Part shown: piece by piece, positions 1-14,224 of the stretch
Numbering within the stretch: position 1 is the stretch's first letter
Layout: every line of letters begins with the position of its first letter
Assembly (NCBI GenBank): GCA_951406725.2
Contig: OX597815.1
Location: 89,404,001-89,468,000 of the forward strand
DNA: 64,000 nucleotides
Direction: 5' to 3'
From: Octopus vulgaris
Taxonomy: Eukaryota
Made by a program: the position numbers and the translations under genes
The notes under the pieces: generated by a model
What the model was told of the DNA's origin: nothing
Database searches by the model: none
What the model saw: the letters and a program-made list of their open reading frames with translations, nothing else

Positions 1-952
1 ACATAAAATTTAAATTAGAGAATTACCTGATTAAGTTTGTGGGCTGTGAGTGAAAACGTGTAAAATATATTTGGTTTTAGGTAGTAAAATTAATCATTGT
101 TCGCATTCACTTCTGCTAGCCTGTAATTACGGCAAAATGCCGGAGTTCCAAGATACGAATATATCATTTACAGTGTATGTTTGTTTAATTCTCTATATGT
201 TGCGTAATGCATTAGAATTCGTGAAAGGTGCCTGGGTTTATTCTTTGTCGTTGCTATGGTATTTTTCATTTAGAAACTGTACTCAAATACCAGTTGTAAT
301 TACTTTAATGATCTATGAAATATACTTCACATGTACTTTGTCATATTTCAGTCGTAGTCGAAATTAACAAAAATATAGTGGAGTTATATAACATTAGGTG
401 AAATTTGTGCTTCTACTATGGTTTTTACCAGCGAAATAACCTGATTGCAACCGAGAATGCAAACCTCCATTCAGAAAACTGGTTGTGAAATATCTGCAAT
501 TATTGGTCGGATTTTAAACAATGGAGGTGTATTTGATTGAATTGATATGTGAACATTAATGACAATTATATATCAACATTGGTGCAATGAAAGGCATTGA
601 ACCAACATATTTAAACACAAAATGTAATGGTTCATGGCAAGATACTGCAAGTTAATCTACCATCTCTTTTATATTAAACTTCTGATTTCCATTAACTAGA
701 ACTGCACGACGTAAATATATGCGTTGAATTCGATAAAATCGCGCCGTGCAAGAAGCCTTGCGTTAGTTTCATAGTTATATTTTATATTTTCAGATTTGGT
801 TGAAAAAGTATTAACCTTCCGTCCTTCGGTGATAAATGAAGTACATACTGTCGAAATGTTGCAGCTGATAAAATAAACACCGACTCCTGAAACATTACAA
901 GTGTATTTTGGTTTTACTTCATATTAATTCATTTGTCACATCGATTAGCTTG

Positions 953-1066
953 AGGTTCGATATCAGTATGCAGAACCACATGCGTTTGTCTTCTACCGTA
1001 ACCTCCGTTTGACAAATAAACTGTGAAAGGAAAAACGTAAAACCGAAACCGTGCTAGAAGCCTTTC
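953..1066 (+). mobile_element. Highly degenerate tRNA-derived SINE head/body fragment
   Basis: GGTTCGATATC...GTCTTCTACCGTAACCTC...CTGTGA...AGAAGCC followed by (AT)n parallels the reverse complement of the better-preserved SINE at 34261-34686. Confidence 0.45.
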
Positions 1067-1389
1067 ATATATATATATATGTACATATACTTTACGAGAT
1101 TGTAAACCTGTGAAAAGTATAAAACGTTTTGAAATGATGATTACATTCTAGGCTCCTTCTATACCAAAGTTGTAGATGGGCTTCAAGTGAACCCAATCTA
1201 CAACAGGGTTTCGTTTTCGAGAAAAGCCATTTCAATCTGTTTTATAATAACACTATCAAGCGCAGCTCCTGCATACTCGCTATTACCCCATGTTTGACCA
1301 TGCATATCACTATTTCATAAAATACCAACTCATAGTGATAATTAATCAAAGGGTTTCTACTTGTCATATAACCACCTACAATGAAGCGC

Positions 1390-1432
<43 letters not shown>

Positions 1433-2267
1433 TGCTTCTTCTAATGAGCATATATGACTATATGTATATTAATATGAATGCAGGGTGAGTGACGATATCT
1501 ATATACTTATTTTTTCTAATTTTCAAGGAAGGACACGGAAACTAGACTGTAATGAATTAACATTAAACAGAAACTTATTCCTGCGTAGAATGGACCAGTC
1601 GTTTTGTCGCAAGGTACAAGGGATACCTTAGATCTTTCAAAGAAATAAAAGAGCAAACTAATAGAAAAGTATTGAAATGGCCAGTCTTCACCAATTTATT
1701 ACTTTATTATCACTAAATACTTAATTTTATTCTTCAGTCTATTGTTCAATCGGTTCAGCATCTTTTCCGTTTAATCTGACCATTAAGGTAGAATGGTAAT
1801 TCATAGTCCACCCAGCCCTTTTCTTTCCCTCTCCATTTATTCATGTATTTTGTATTTCGATTGTATTTGTAATCTGTCTCTGCCTGTCACTGTATTCATT
1901 AGTTCAGTTTTGTCTGTAAGCTGCTGAAAATGACACTTTACTTTCGGTACGCATTCACAAAGTGAGTGAAATGAGGAGACGATCTAAGAAAGGATTTATT
2001 TAAACAATCACCTCAAGAAGCGGATTTTACACCTTGGATCTATGATAATGATTACACAACATCTCATCAATGTACTACGTGTGTAAACACGTGCTGAAAT
2101 ACTTGGCGTGATTTGAATAAAGATATATATTTATATAAACTCTACGATAGAATGCCTCCAGTATATCCAGTAATAGGAGCATTTTCCGTCTATGATGACA
2201 TCTGGTAGTCAGTAACTGTGGACAAGCTTTGTATAACATCCTACAAAATTTTTATTCGCATCTTGTT

Positions 2268-2304
<37 letters not shown>

Positions 2305-2357
2305 GCACATACACACACACGTATATATATGTATACATATATACATATATGCATATA

Positions 2358-2408
<51 letters not shown>

Positions 2409-2427
2409 CTTACTTTTCACACTTTGT

Positions 2428-2522
2428 GTAGAAGACACGTGACCAAGGTGCTACACAGCGGGACTGAACCTCGAATCATGTGGTTAGAAAGTAAGTTTCT
2501 TACCACACAGCCACGCCTGTGC
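2428..2522 (-). mobile_element. tRNA-derived SINE 5' head fragment
   Basis: Minus strand reads GGCACAGGCGTGGCTGTGTGGTAAG (A-box-like) ... GGTTCAGTCCC (B-box-like); matches the copy at 34261-34686. Confidence 0.8.
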
Positions 2523-2570
2523 CATACGTACATACATACATGCATACATATATATATATATATGTATATA

Positions 2571-2688
<118 letters not shown>

Positions 2689-3569
2689 CATCCTGAAGTG
2701 CTATGAAAATAAGATGTACTTACATAGGCATATGTATGTGTGTAGTATACACACACATTTAAATATCAAATTGTAATTTTATAATTATAGAATTATAAAT
2801 GTGTTCTTCAAAAGGAAAAATTCTGAATTGAATGATGGAGATATATTTTGCAGGTATTCTATGACATTTATGTGAAGTGTGAGATTTTTGTTTTATAGAA
2901 GCGGTAATTAATGGAATATAAAACAGATATATGAACACAGGTGTATGGTCGCAAGCATTTGCTTTCGCAAACATATCAAGCAATTAGTGAACGAATAATA
3001 CAGAAATGAGTATATATGTTTATTAGATATTCAAGTGTACTTGTGAATTAATTTGACTTTATGATGATGAGAAATTAATATTCGAATATTGACTAGTGAG
3101 ATTGAAGATGTAAGAAATGAGATACTGCAGGAGCAACTCCATCCACTTTCGTTTCAGACTTCGTACTTTAGTTACCTTAAAGATGATAATGATACAGACA
3201 AATTGGACACAATTATCGAAATACATTGTCTACAATAGAAGCCATTTAATTGAAAGCAGATTCTTAGTAAGAAGTATAGTGTCCCGAAATTTAGATCGCA
3301 TATTCTATTTTCCATTACATTAAGTTTCACTTATTTTAACTATTTATAAATGAGGGAAATGTCTAAATTGTATGGGTAAATCAAAGGGATTGCCAGAAAC
3401 TGATCAAGGTGTTTTGAAACAAAATTTTGACTATTCGATTGAAATTCCAAGTATCTATCAAGCTTGTTAACTTAGCGAGCTGATTGGATAAAGATTGAGT
3501 TTGATTGCACTCTAAATATGTAAAATATATGCGTCTGCACTGAAACAAGATAGAATGGCCGCATCGACC

Positions 3570-4400
3570 GTGTGCACTCCAGTCGCAAGTAGATGAGCTC
3601 AGTTTTCTCAGCACTAAACCGAACTGTTTTCGATGTTGCACTTGAGACAGCACTTTTTGAGACCTACCTCGATGGTTTCCCACTGAAGGAAATGGCAGAT
3701 GTGATGGGTCGCTGGGTGGAGCGATTCTCAACAGAATTGATGACCTGTCATACAAGCTATATTTCCACATGCCAAACTTGTTCGCCCCTCTCTTCATAAC
3801 CGTCTAAACAGGCGGTAACAGGCTTGAACCATTCTCAATCGATTGAGCAGGAGACTGGTGACAGTTCAGGAAGGATCCGAACAATGGGAATGTGATTAAA
3901 AAGTTCAGACCCGAAACTCTGCTCAACACAAAAGTAAAATACTTGCAGGAAACCTCCACCTGCTGTGATATATTATAAAATGGGTAGGGAATGGATCTGC
4001 GTTTGGCGAGACAATGGTCAATTTGGATCAGTCGAAGGTATTTGACAGAGTAGACTATCGATACCTGATGACTGTCTTAAGAGCTATCTGTTTCAGTCCC
4101 GTCTTCAGACGCTGGATCACCATAATGTATGGTGGCATCTACTCCATGGTCAAATTAAACAGTCATCTCAGTCTCATGAGAATGCTCCTCTCCTGCCCAC
4201 TCTTAAATGTGAAGGTATTCCATTAGAGTTGGATTACAGGGTTGCAATTTCTCTTCATACGAGTACGACTTGACTGACATGTAGTCGGACACTCGGATAT
4301 AGCGATCGAGAAGTCATCACATGACTTGTTTCAAGAATTGCTGCCAACTGAATAGTTCCTATGAAGTTTAGTGTATGTTTTGATGCTAGACTTGCTCGTT
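3570..4400 (+). mobile_element. Tx1/L1-clade LINE reverse transcriptase relic
   Basis: Frameshifted RT motifs DDLSYKLYFHMPNLFAPL, KKFRPETLLNTKVKILA and NLDQSKVFDRVDYRYL...FRRWITIMY. Confidence 0.8.
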
Positions 4401-4419
4401 ATGAGAAGGTCCAAAATGC

Positions 4420-5550
4420 ACTGACCACAATATACCAAACTTAATTTTGAGGCTCTTTGGATTCTTTTCACTGACGATCATAGGTCTTGTTACATCCCGA
4501 CTTTCCCTTCTCAGTCTTCAAAATATTCTGGTCTCCGGTATTTTGAGAATCCATTCTTTGGACTCTTTAAGAGGAGAGTTTTATCTGGTAGGTTATAATG
4601 AAGTTCTATGCTTATGTATATTGGCATATCCCATGTCAGTTTCAGATGTTCACTCTCTGCTACTGGCAAAGGTTGGTGCTCATGCCAATTCTTGGACAAT
4701 TCTACCGCATACGTTTGGGACGACTCCCAACGTATTCACATTGCTACTTTGTCACGGCGTTTTTTGTACTCCTTTTAGGCCAGTTTTAAGCATCCACTAC
4801 TTTTATATGTCTCATTATTTTCTGCATAGTCTACACAAAGGTAATACTGCTGTCTTATCAATGCTACACTTGCTAGAGTTAGTTCGTAAAGCTTGTTCTT
4901 GCTCCTTTAAAAAAACATGTCTTCGCCATCTACAAGATTGATCAGCTTCATCCTCGGGTTACTAGACAAACTCTCTGTGTAGGTCTTTCTCTTTTTCGTT
5001 CATGACTTTTCCACTATTAGTCCTCATATTGTACTCCAGAAGGGTCTCACCATTGTCACTGATCACTTTCGCATGTAGTGCAGCCTGCAACATTCTTTCA
5101 TCACTATTCCCCAGATAGACATGCAAAGACTTGATCTCCTTCACAAAACTGTCCTCTATTCCAATCACTCATCTTCCAACTTTCTTCCGTGGCATTTTCA
5201 CGTTACTTCAAATATGAACGCAGCTATGCATAGCTATAGCTTTTCTAGATTTTCTCTTCATGTTGATAAGTTCTACCTTTGTCCATTCTACTACTTCTAC
5301 GTAGCAACATATCACACCTATAACCCATGCATCGATGTCTCAAATCAGGTTCCCTGCATTTAGATTAGACCTACATAGCTTCTGGTACATTCAAAGAAAT
5401 TTTCTGCTTCATCTTGGTGTTCAATATCTGACGTAGATGTAAAACACCAAGATACTTGAAAGCCCCTCCGTTCACTTCTCTTCTCCACTCATTATCTGGA
5501 AGCTATACTCAACTGCTGTTTCTTTTTTGCCCTTTTCTCTGTTCATTAAC
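4420..5550 (-). mobile_element. Dong/R4-type (REL endonuclease) LINE relic, C-terminal part
   Basis: Minus-strand fragments IGIEDSF..KSLHVYL, KDLHREFV and KLTWDMPIYISIELHYNLPD resemble the R4/Dong WDxxIxxD...HNRPD endonuclease region. Confidence 0.7.
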
Positions 5551-5990
5551 AGCGCATTTCTCTATAATGTGCGTGACATGGTGATCTCATATCAAGATAA
5601 ACAACGCATGACTCAGTTAAAAATTTCCTTCAGGTTGAGTAGCCTATCCCAGTGAAAAGGTCCCTGAATAAGGTTAATTTATGGATGGTGAATAAAGCAC
5701 TCATGTTTCCAGATGTGAATTATTCAAAGCCCCAAAATTCCTCTCAACTCATGGCTATGATGCTCTCCCACAACTGTTACTCATGATCAGAGATTCACAT
5801 ATCGTCAGCCACTAAGGGACATGCTCAACTGGTTAAAGTCAAACAACTAACATGCAAATCTGTGGTATTGAGCAGATTATTTGCTGTGGCCCATCTTTTA
5901 TACCAAGACAAAACACATACATGACGACACTTCCGATCAGTTAAGACCAAAAGCCATGGGAGTCACTGCCCAGTGCTGCATCACGGTATT

Positions 5991-6950
<960 letters not shown>

Positions 6951-7463
6951 GTTCATTCCACTCTCACTCTCTGATACTGTATACATCGACCCTTCACCCT
7001 GTTTTCTGTCATATATATTTCTCTTTGAAGTCATTTATTCCTGATTCTACTGTACTGCACACAATATCAAAGTGTCCACCACTGAAAGAAGGAAAGAAAA
7101 GAGGATATGAATTTCAACCATAATCTACATGATTTCGTAAACTAACCCACCTATTATGAACGCTAGGCGATAACAATGACAGAACTACGTAGGTGAGAAA
7201 AATATATATTTAAAATACTTAGGCCTATATACGCTGGTCGCAGCCTCATCTTAGCACAGTTGTAGTGGATGTGAGTGAGTGAGCATGTCGTAAATAATAC
7301 GACGAAGTTTTTGACCCCAAATAATAAATGATTAAGTGAAGTTCAGAGCTTTTGTGTTTTTGAATGGCTAGTACAAATATAAAGCTTAATGATATATATA
7401 TATCACTATACAAATATAAAGTATAGTGATACATACATACACACACACACACATGTACATACA

Positions 7464-7510
<47 letters not shown>

Positions 7511-7852
7511 TTATATTAATAAATAAAATAAAACATATGCATATATATAAACATATATGTACGTACCTACCTCTACATGTACATATACACGCATATATGA
7601 GTACAGGACACCAAAAGGACGTCGAACACAATGAGAAACGAAAACATAGACACAAACCAAAGGAACTGGACAATTATTTAAAAACAGCAAAAAAAAAAAT
7701 AGAGTACAGGACAATTAACACAAAGAAAAAACCCTTCTTCAGTCGCTAAAGATTTCATCTACTCTACGTTTATATATATATATATATAAGAATTTTTTGC
7801 GTAATAAGATAAAAATCCAAGGGGGTGTAAATATTAGAGCATTTATAGATTG

Positions 7853-7904
7853 GTCTTACAACTGTTTCTAGGATATTTATTAATTATATCCCTTCATCGG
7901 AGAC
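7853..7904 (-). ncRNA. Minimal type-I hammerhead-ribozyme-like motif (PLE terminal repeat)
   Basis: GUCU-CCGAUGA-A-GGGAUAU..AUAUCCU-A-GAAA-C-AGUU-G-UA-AGAC; stem I GUCU/AGAC pairs; core has U4C. Confidence 0.6.
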
Positions 7905-8077
7905 GATGTGGGAGGATGGTTAAGTCATAGTTAGTTTAGATGTGATACAAAATAGAGAGAGGTGGAGGAAATAAAATAGATGCAAGAAATTACTGAATCT
8001 GGAACTTAACTTTGGTCTGTCTATAGCACTTATTCAGCATTACCTGGCACCTTTGGGTCTCAATGACCATTATCTCT

Positions 8078-8105
<28 letters not shown>

Positions 8106-8108
<3 letters not shown>

Positions 8109-8262
8109 GACGGCTTTCTTTCATTTTGCGTCTACCAAATCCACTCACAAGGCTTTGATTGTTCCGAAGCTATAGTAGAAGACACTTGTCTAAGCTGCAT
8201 CGCAGTGGGACTCAACCGGACACCACGTGGTTGGGAAGCAAGCTTCTTACGATACAGCCACA
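8106..8262 (-). mobile_element. tRNA-derived SINE head/body
   Basis: Matches 34520-34686 (CTACCAAATCCACTCACAAGG...GAAGACACTTG...ACAGCCAC). Confidence 0.85.
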
Positions 8263-9476
8263 CTCACACACACACACACACAAACATACAAACACATACA
8301 CATATACACACTTACATACCTGCACTAAGTGCACATGTATGCAAATATGTTTGTTCATATATCAATGTTTGTGTGCGTCAAGGCAGGAAATAAGTACGTG
8401 CTGCATAGGAAATATGAAGGGAATCGTTACATTTTTGCTTTTCCTTTATTCAAAATTTTATGCATCTTCTATTTTCCATAACTAATTCCCACTTTGGTTC
8501 GGCAGTTTACATTCTCTCTCGCTCTCAGTACAAAATTATATATTCATGTGTGCTAGTGTGTGTTCGTGCACGTGTGCGTGCATGTGTGTATGTGTGCATA
8601 CTTGTAAACATAGTTGGCGCTAATAAATAGAACGAAAGCAGGTGTTTCATACAATTATCAATGCTTTTGTGAGCAAAGTATATTTACTATTTGTTAACAA
8701 AGCAATTATTTTGTGAAATATTAAGATACTTATTCTAAGAGATACGCTCCATCGTACATACATTTTCTTGAAATAAAGGATTTTCCAAACACTGGTGATG
8801 CAATTTTATTTCCTGTAGTATCCATATAAATTATATTACTAACGTTTAATTTACTTTCGGCACTATATTCCAATTTATCTTACTCAAGAGGTCAGACATA
8901 TAGTTTATATTTTTGCATAAATTTTAGCGTTGCAGATATACATTTTATTTGACAGTATTTCACATATTGCATAGTTCAGTGAAACAAAATTAAAGGAAAG
9001 TGGATTGAACAAATTTAGAGAAGCACCTTCGGGATTTTTTGAAAATATTTTTAATTCAATATCTTGATTTTGTGTGCACGTTAAATTATTTTGTTGTTTA
9101 CAGTTATGATGTAATGGGATTTGAGTTTTACAAACTATAATTTAAAGTAAAATACATTTTCGAATATCACGGACTATTGCAGCAATTGGGAAATATGGAT
9201 AGATATGAATATGTAAAACATTTAATTCAAAATTAGATAATTATATCTTTGAGAATACACTACTTTTTTAATCACACACACACCGCAAACATATACGTAC
9301 ATACATACATACATACATACATACATACATACATACATACATACATACATACATACATACATACAAACACACATATATGTAGGAAGTTCAAGATTAACAC
9401 ATGAGTTGATACTTATAAGGAAAATAAAGCGGATAATGCTAAATTAATTTTATCATGAAATATATTTTGTGACGGT

Positions 9477-9512
9477 TAGTACCGGTTTCAGATATTTCGA
9501 CTTTTTCAACTA
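9477..9512 (-). ncRNA. Hammerhead-like motif with UUGAAAA core variant
   Basis: UAG-UUGAAAA-AG..CU-GAAA-CCGG-UA-CUA; same layout as 63715-63752. Confidence 0.45.
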
Positions 9513-9756
9513 AGAGTAAAACAAAGTTGGATATTAGTTATGAAGAAAAACAATTAGATAGCAGAAAAATTAAATCAAATGTTTTGTAAATATTTCCATA
9601 GTCTTCAAATAGGTAGGACATTTTCCTTTTTTCTGTCCCTCCCTTTTTTTTTCTTTGTGAAGGCTAGGTAGGTAGTAGCAGATATGAAAAATTAGTGTTT
9701 ATGGGTGCAGAGAAATATTTGGTCCTGAAGTTTGATGGTTTAAGCATAAGTAGCCG

Positions 9757-9860
9757 AGGAAGGAGAAAGAAAAGAAGAAGAAGAAGAAGAAGAAAAAGAA
9801 GAAGAAGAAGAAGAAGAAGAAGAAGAAGAAGAAGAAGAAGAAGAAGAAGAAGAAGAAGAG
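9757..9860. repeat. (AAG)n microsatellite
   Basis: Seen directly; gives the poly-Arg ORF 9695-9922. Confidence 0.97.
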
Positions 9861-10329
9861 ATTGGTATGACTCAATAATAGAAGCTGTCCGCGGAATCTA
9901 CTTTAATAGTCAAGTGACATAAAACAGCTCTAACTTTGCAGCTCGTTACAAAAATATTTTAAATGACCACTTAAAATGATTGCCTGATCAAGATCTACAA
10001 GTTCATGCAAATGATAAGCAAAATTATTTTGCAAAAAGGTCACAGAAGTCAAGAGGTCACTAACTTTGACCTTTACCTATATTATCTCGCATTCAGAGGT
10101 TTTATATATCGCCAAGGCCATATAAGGTTGTTGTTATTGTACATTAATCAAAACGAAGGTTTACATGTGCTTTTTAGTACAAGAATTAAAAACAAATTGA
10201 AGAGAAGTAGTGTTTACCCTGTGGAATGTAAGATATTTGTGCACATGTACCGCTTTATTGATTGAAGGAAAAATAGACTTGGTTAATTGGGAGATGAAAA
10301 ATACTAAATCGAAAAAAAAAGCTTTCTGA

Positions 10330-10760
10330 GAGGAAATGAAGTTTTACCTGCTCTTGTGTGATCCCAGCTATGGCCGATGTGGGTAAGTTGTACCTGCTTA
10401 ATTTTTTCCCGTTTTCATGTCCGAAGCAGAGAAGATGACGTTTTCACCGTCTACTTCCGTTAAGTTATGGCCCAGGTTGTCCCAGCAGCTTACAGTTAAT
10501 TGTATATGGCATCCTCTCCACTTTTAATCACCTTATATAGCTACCTATTGTTGTAACGTTGCAACTCTCCAAGATCGTAAAAGAGGACCTGTTGTTTAAC
10601 CTGGTCGCAAATAGGCACTTTGATGCTCCAACATATAGCCGTGTATGTGTTCTATCGTTTCTAATGATATTGCTGCTGCTACTGTTGGACACCACCTCTG
10701 CTTCGTGGACCATGGCGTCAGAATTGCATCTACCACTCACAGGGCACTCATGTTAAATTT
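10330..10760 (-). mobile_element. Penelope-like element GIY-YIG endonuclease relic (Naiad/Chlamys-like pattern)
   Basis: Minus translation ECPVSGRC..MVHEAEV...LYVGASKCLFATRLNNRSSF...NVTTIGSYIR*LK fits CPLxGxC..VYxAxV..YIG..FKxRxxNHxxSF..STxLSxYIWxLK. Confidence 0.7.
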
Positions 10761-11078
10761 ACATGAGCATGCCATCTCAGTGAGGTGTTTGGAAGCGTTC
10801 ACTATTATAATTTTTTACATTAGGGGCAGAGCCGAAACATACCCTAAAGTTATTTCTATTGAATGATCCAGTATTCTAACAAGACATCAATCTTGAGTTG
10901 GCTATATAGACTACCTAATATTTAACAGATAAAATGCAGGAATTAATTTAGCTAATTTTCTTTTCATATATTATGGTATTTTAGAAATATAGTCATCAAA
11001 ATATATGTTCTATGAATAAGTAAATAGTCTTCAACATCTAACGCTGACTGGTCATCCAACATTGACCGGTTCTTTTAA

Positions 11079-11654
11079 GGCGGCGAGCTGGCAGAAACGT
11101 TAGCACGCCGGGCGAAATGCGTATTTCGTCTGCCGCTACGTTCTGAGTTCAAATTCCGCCGAGGTCGACTTTGACTTTCATCCTTCCGAGGTCGATTAAA
11201 TAAGTATCAGTTACGCACTGGGGTCGATGTAACGACTTAATCCGTTTGTCTGTCCTTGTTTGTCCCCTCTGTGTGTAGCTCCTTGTGGGTAGTAAAGAAA
11301 TAAGTATTTCGTCTGCCGCTACGTTCTGAGTTCAAATTCCGCCGAGGTTCACTTTGACTTTCATCCTTTCGGGGTCGATTGAATAAATACAAGTTACGCA
11401 CTGGGGTCGATATAATCGACTTAATCCGTTTGTCTGTCCTTGTTTGTCCTCTCTGTGTTTAGCTCCTTGTGGGTAGTAAAGAAATAGGTATTCCGTCTGT
11501 CTTTACGTACTGAGTTCAAATTCCACTGAAGTCGACTTTGCCTTTCATCTTTTCGGGGTCGCTAAATTAAGTACTAGTTGCGTACTGAGGTCGATTTAAT
11601 CGATTGGCACTCTACCGCAAAATTTCAGGCCGTGTGCCTCGAATAGAAACGAAT
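11079..11654 (+). mobile_element. tRNA-derived SINE (second family) as a head-to-tail trimer of ~183-bp units with TSD
   Basis: Head GGCGGCGAGCTGGCAGAAACGTTAGC; B-box-like GAGTTCAAATTCC in units starting 11121, 11304 and 11488; ATTGACCGGTT at 11061-11071 and 11655-11665. Confidence 0.9.
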
Positions 11655-13156
11655 ATTGACCGGTTATTTAGTAATTAACGATACTTTAAACAGAACAATG
11701 CTATCGTATTTTCATTGACCAGTACTTGTCATTAACTGAGTAATTCCATTATCAGCACTATAAATTTTGAAAACAAATTGTGGCTATATGCAGTAACAAC
11801 AGGAAAACCCTTAAAGTTCATAAAAGTAAAGTTTTTTCTATGGTTATGTCAGTAAATTATAACCTAGAGATTTGTAGATAATCTTTTTTTCCTGCTATAG
11901 ATAGAAATGATAATTTCAAATTATTAGTTACCTGTTCTGAATAACTAAATGTATTCAGAGATTTCGTTGCATATCTTTTTTAAAATGGCAACCAAACTTA
12001 TTCCAAATGATTTGAACTGACGGCATGTGAAATAGCAATGAACGATGCTCCATTTCAGCCTTGAACTTCGTTGACTAAACATGAATAATATAGTACTGTA
12101 AGTTTAATGAATCAAATTAAATTATTATTTTAAATAGTATGAAATATGTAATCAGAACGTTAAATGAAATAATAATTTAAATATTCACTAAGTTGTTGAA
12201 GTTTACAAAATATACATTATGGCATGCCCACAATACCTCAGATGCACAGACTTTTAGAAGTAACATTCATATCTTTCTTTTGGCTACAATTAAATCAACA
12301 CTTGCACGTCATACCTGCAGTCTATTTAAACCAATTGTGTTCTGTATTAAGCATTCCATTCAATCCGTTGAACTATTCCACTAAACAAGTATATTGAATT
12401 TGCTATTGTAATTCGTGCATGTTGTACTATGTATGAAACAGATTATTAACTTCACTTTGAAATTTATTGGAAATGCATTTACGCACATAGTGACGTGTAA
12501 TTAATGAATTGTTCGTCCGCAGTATGGCATAATCTTATTTACGTGATCGTTATGAACAGCTGCTGTTTCTACATTAGTAAAAATTCGCTGTGAATTATTC
12601 ATATCCATATATTATGGACGAGATTAAATTGAGAAAAAAGAGCATCCCAGTTAATTGAAAAAAGTATTGTGGGTAATTATAACGCCTTTACTCGGCCTAC
12701 AAACTATACAACATTACCCATATCATTCCTCTTTCAAAGATTTGATATGATTGCTAAGCTTTTGCATTTTAAGTCTTCATTTCCCTACTTTATTCGTTAT
12801 CATTTTCTGCCAACATTAATACATCGTTTTGCTTTATATAGTATTAAAGTGTTCCTTTCCTAAGTGTTCAGTTAAAATTCTTCGGATGGCATTAACATAC
12901 TTTTCTCGCTGGTAAGGTGAAATATTTTAAGATTGAAAAAGAAATTCGAGCGTTTGCTTTGGCCCAATTTTAAAACGTCTTCCATCCCTAAGTGCGATGT
13001 GGGTTCAAATACCATGCGCAGCTTTCTACAACCCAAAACTTTTTTTATCCAATATTTACAAGCTATCATTTATAGTCTATCTACTTCTAAATCCTACGTT
13101 CCAAGAAAGAGTTTTATATATTTTTTTCAGAATTTGTGTGAATATGTATAGAATAA

Positions 13157-14198
13157 TATATCAGTTGAATAAAGTTAAAATATGGTCTGGTTTTCACGTT
13201 TTTTTTATAGTCCTTTAACATTAAAAATTATTTTGTAATGTTCAAGAACTTCAATTAGCGCTTTTATACGTTCGTAGTAATCAACAGTGTTGAGTTCTTG
13301 ACAACTATAGTACCCTTTAGAACGCTCCAACAAGCCGAGTTTTTAGAATTAGTTTTGACTAATTCACGTGCAGCTTCAACGTCACGTTTTTCCGAGCGTA
13401 CTGATATTTGTACTTACAGGAAAGGCAACCACATAACCTAAAGAAACTATTAACAAATGCAAAATTCAACATGAACAAACAGGATAAAACACAGTATCCA
13501 AGTGTAATCATAACAGATGTGGAACGTGTCAATACATGCATACTGGTAGATCCATGAGAAGAAAAAATGGACAGGTTTTCGCAAAGGCAGATATGAACTG
13601 CAAAAGCAGAAATTTGATCTACTGCATTAACTGCCCCAATTGCGAAGAACTATATCTAGGCGAGATAGGGAATACACTATCGGAACGATCAAGAGCCCAC
13701 AGACAACAAAGCCGGAATACCAATTTTCGCCAAATTCCATTGAGCGAAGAGATATAAACATGTGGTCAGAAGATGTTTCTAAATTTTCCTTTCCACAAGC
13801 TACATGACACAAGTGAAGTTGGAAGAAAGAAAAAAGAAAAACGGTTTATTAAAATGTTCAAACCTTTTATGAATGGAAATAACAACAATAATATAACAAC
13901 CGGTTAATGATGTGGACTGAAAATATATCTTTAACATATGGATAGAAACAAATTACAGAATATCGGTGCGCCTGGCAAACCGTATTCCAAAAATTCATCC
14001 TGTTGGGGCGTTCTAAGAGGTACTACAATTGTCAAGATCTCAACTGTTAGTTGAACACGTTTTGAAATCTGATGATTATTAGGAACGTATAGAAGCTTTA
14101 TGAACATTACAAAATATTAATGTTAAAATACCATAATACAATCCTATAATAAAAAACGTGAAACCCAGACCACGTTTTAACATTATTCAACTGATATA
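13157..14198 (+). mobile_element. Penelope-like element 3' fragment: Zn-linker/GIY-YIG flanked by inverted terminal repeats (pLTRs)
   Basis: ORF has MNCKSRNLIYCINCPNCEELYLGEIGNTLSERSRAHRQQ; 13157-13349 is a diverged reverse complement of 13984-14198. Confidence 0.85.
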
Positions 14199-14224
14199 CA
14201 TGCATGCATACATATATATATCAT

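Noticed and set aside
50-367. Hydrophobic ORF with AWVYSL and IPVVITLMIY (GPCR TM4/TM5-like)
   Set aside because: Spacing is too short and I see no other ordered motifs; indistinguishable from AT-rich background.
8700-9250. LRR-like phrase KNPEGASLNLFNPLSFNF on the minus strand
   Set aside because: A single loose motif with no periodic LRRs that I can verify.
9695-9922. Protamine-like poly-Arg ORF
   Set aside because: An (AAG)n microsatellite read in one frame.
11121-11654. CRISPR-like periodic array
   Set aside because: Whole ~183-bp units repeat with no unique spacers; it is a SINE multimer in eukaryotic DNA with no cas genes.
11700-13100. Possible decayed Toll-like/LRR gene (FSYSEQ)
   Set aside because: Only isolated short matches; not supportable without a search.
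14070-14095. CTGATGA in the right pLTR arm as a hammerhead core
   Set aside because: No paired stem II or intact GAAA box follows.
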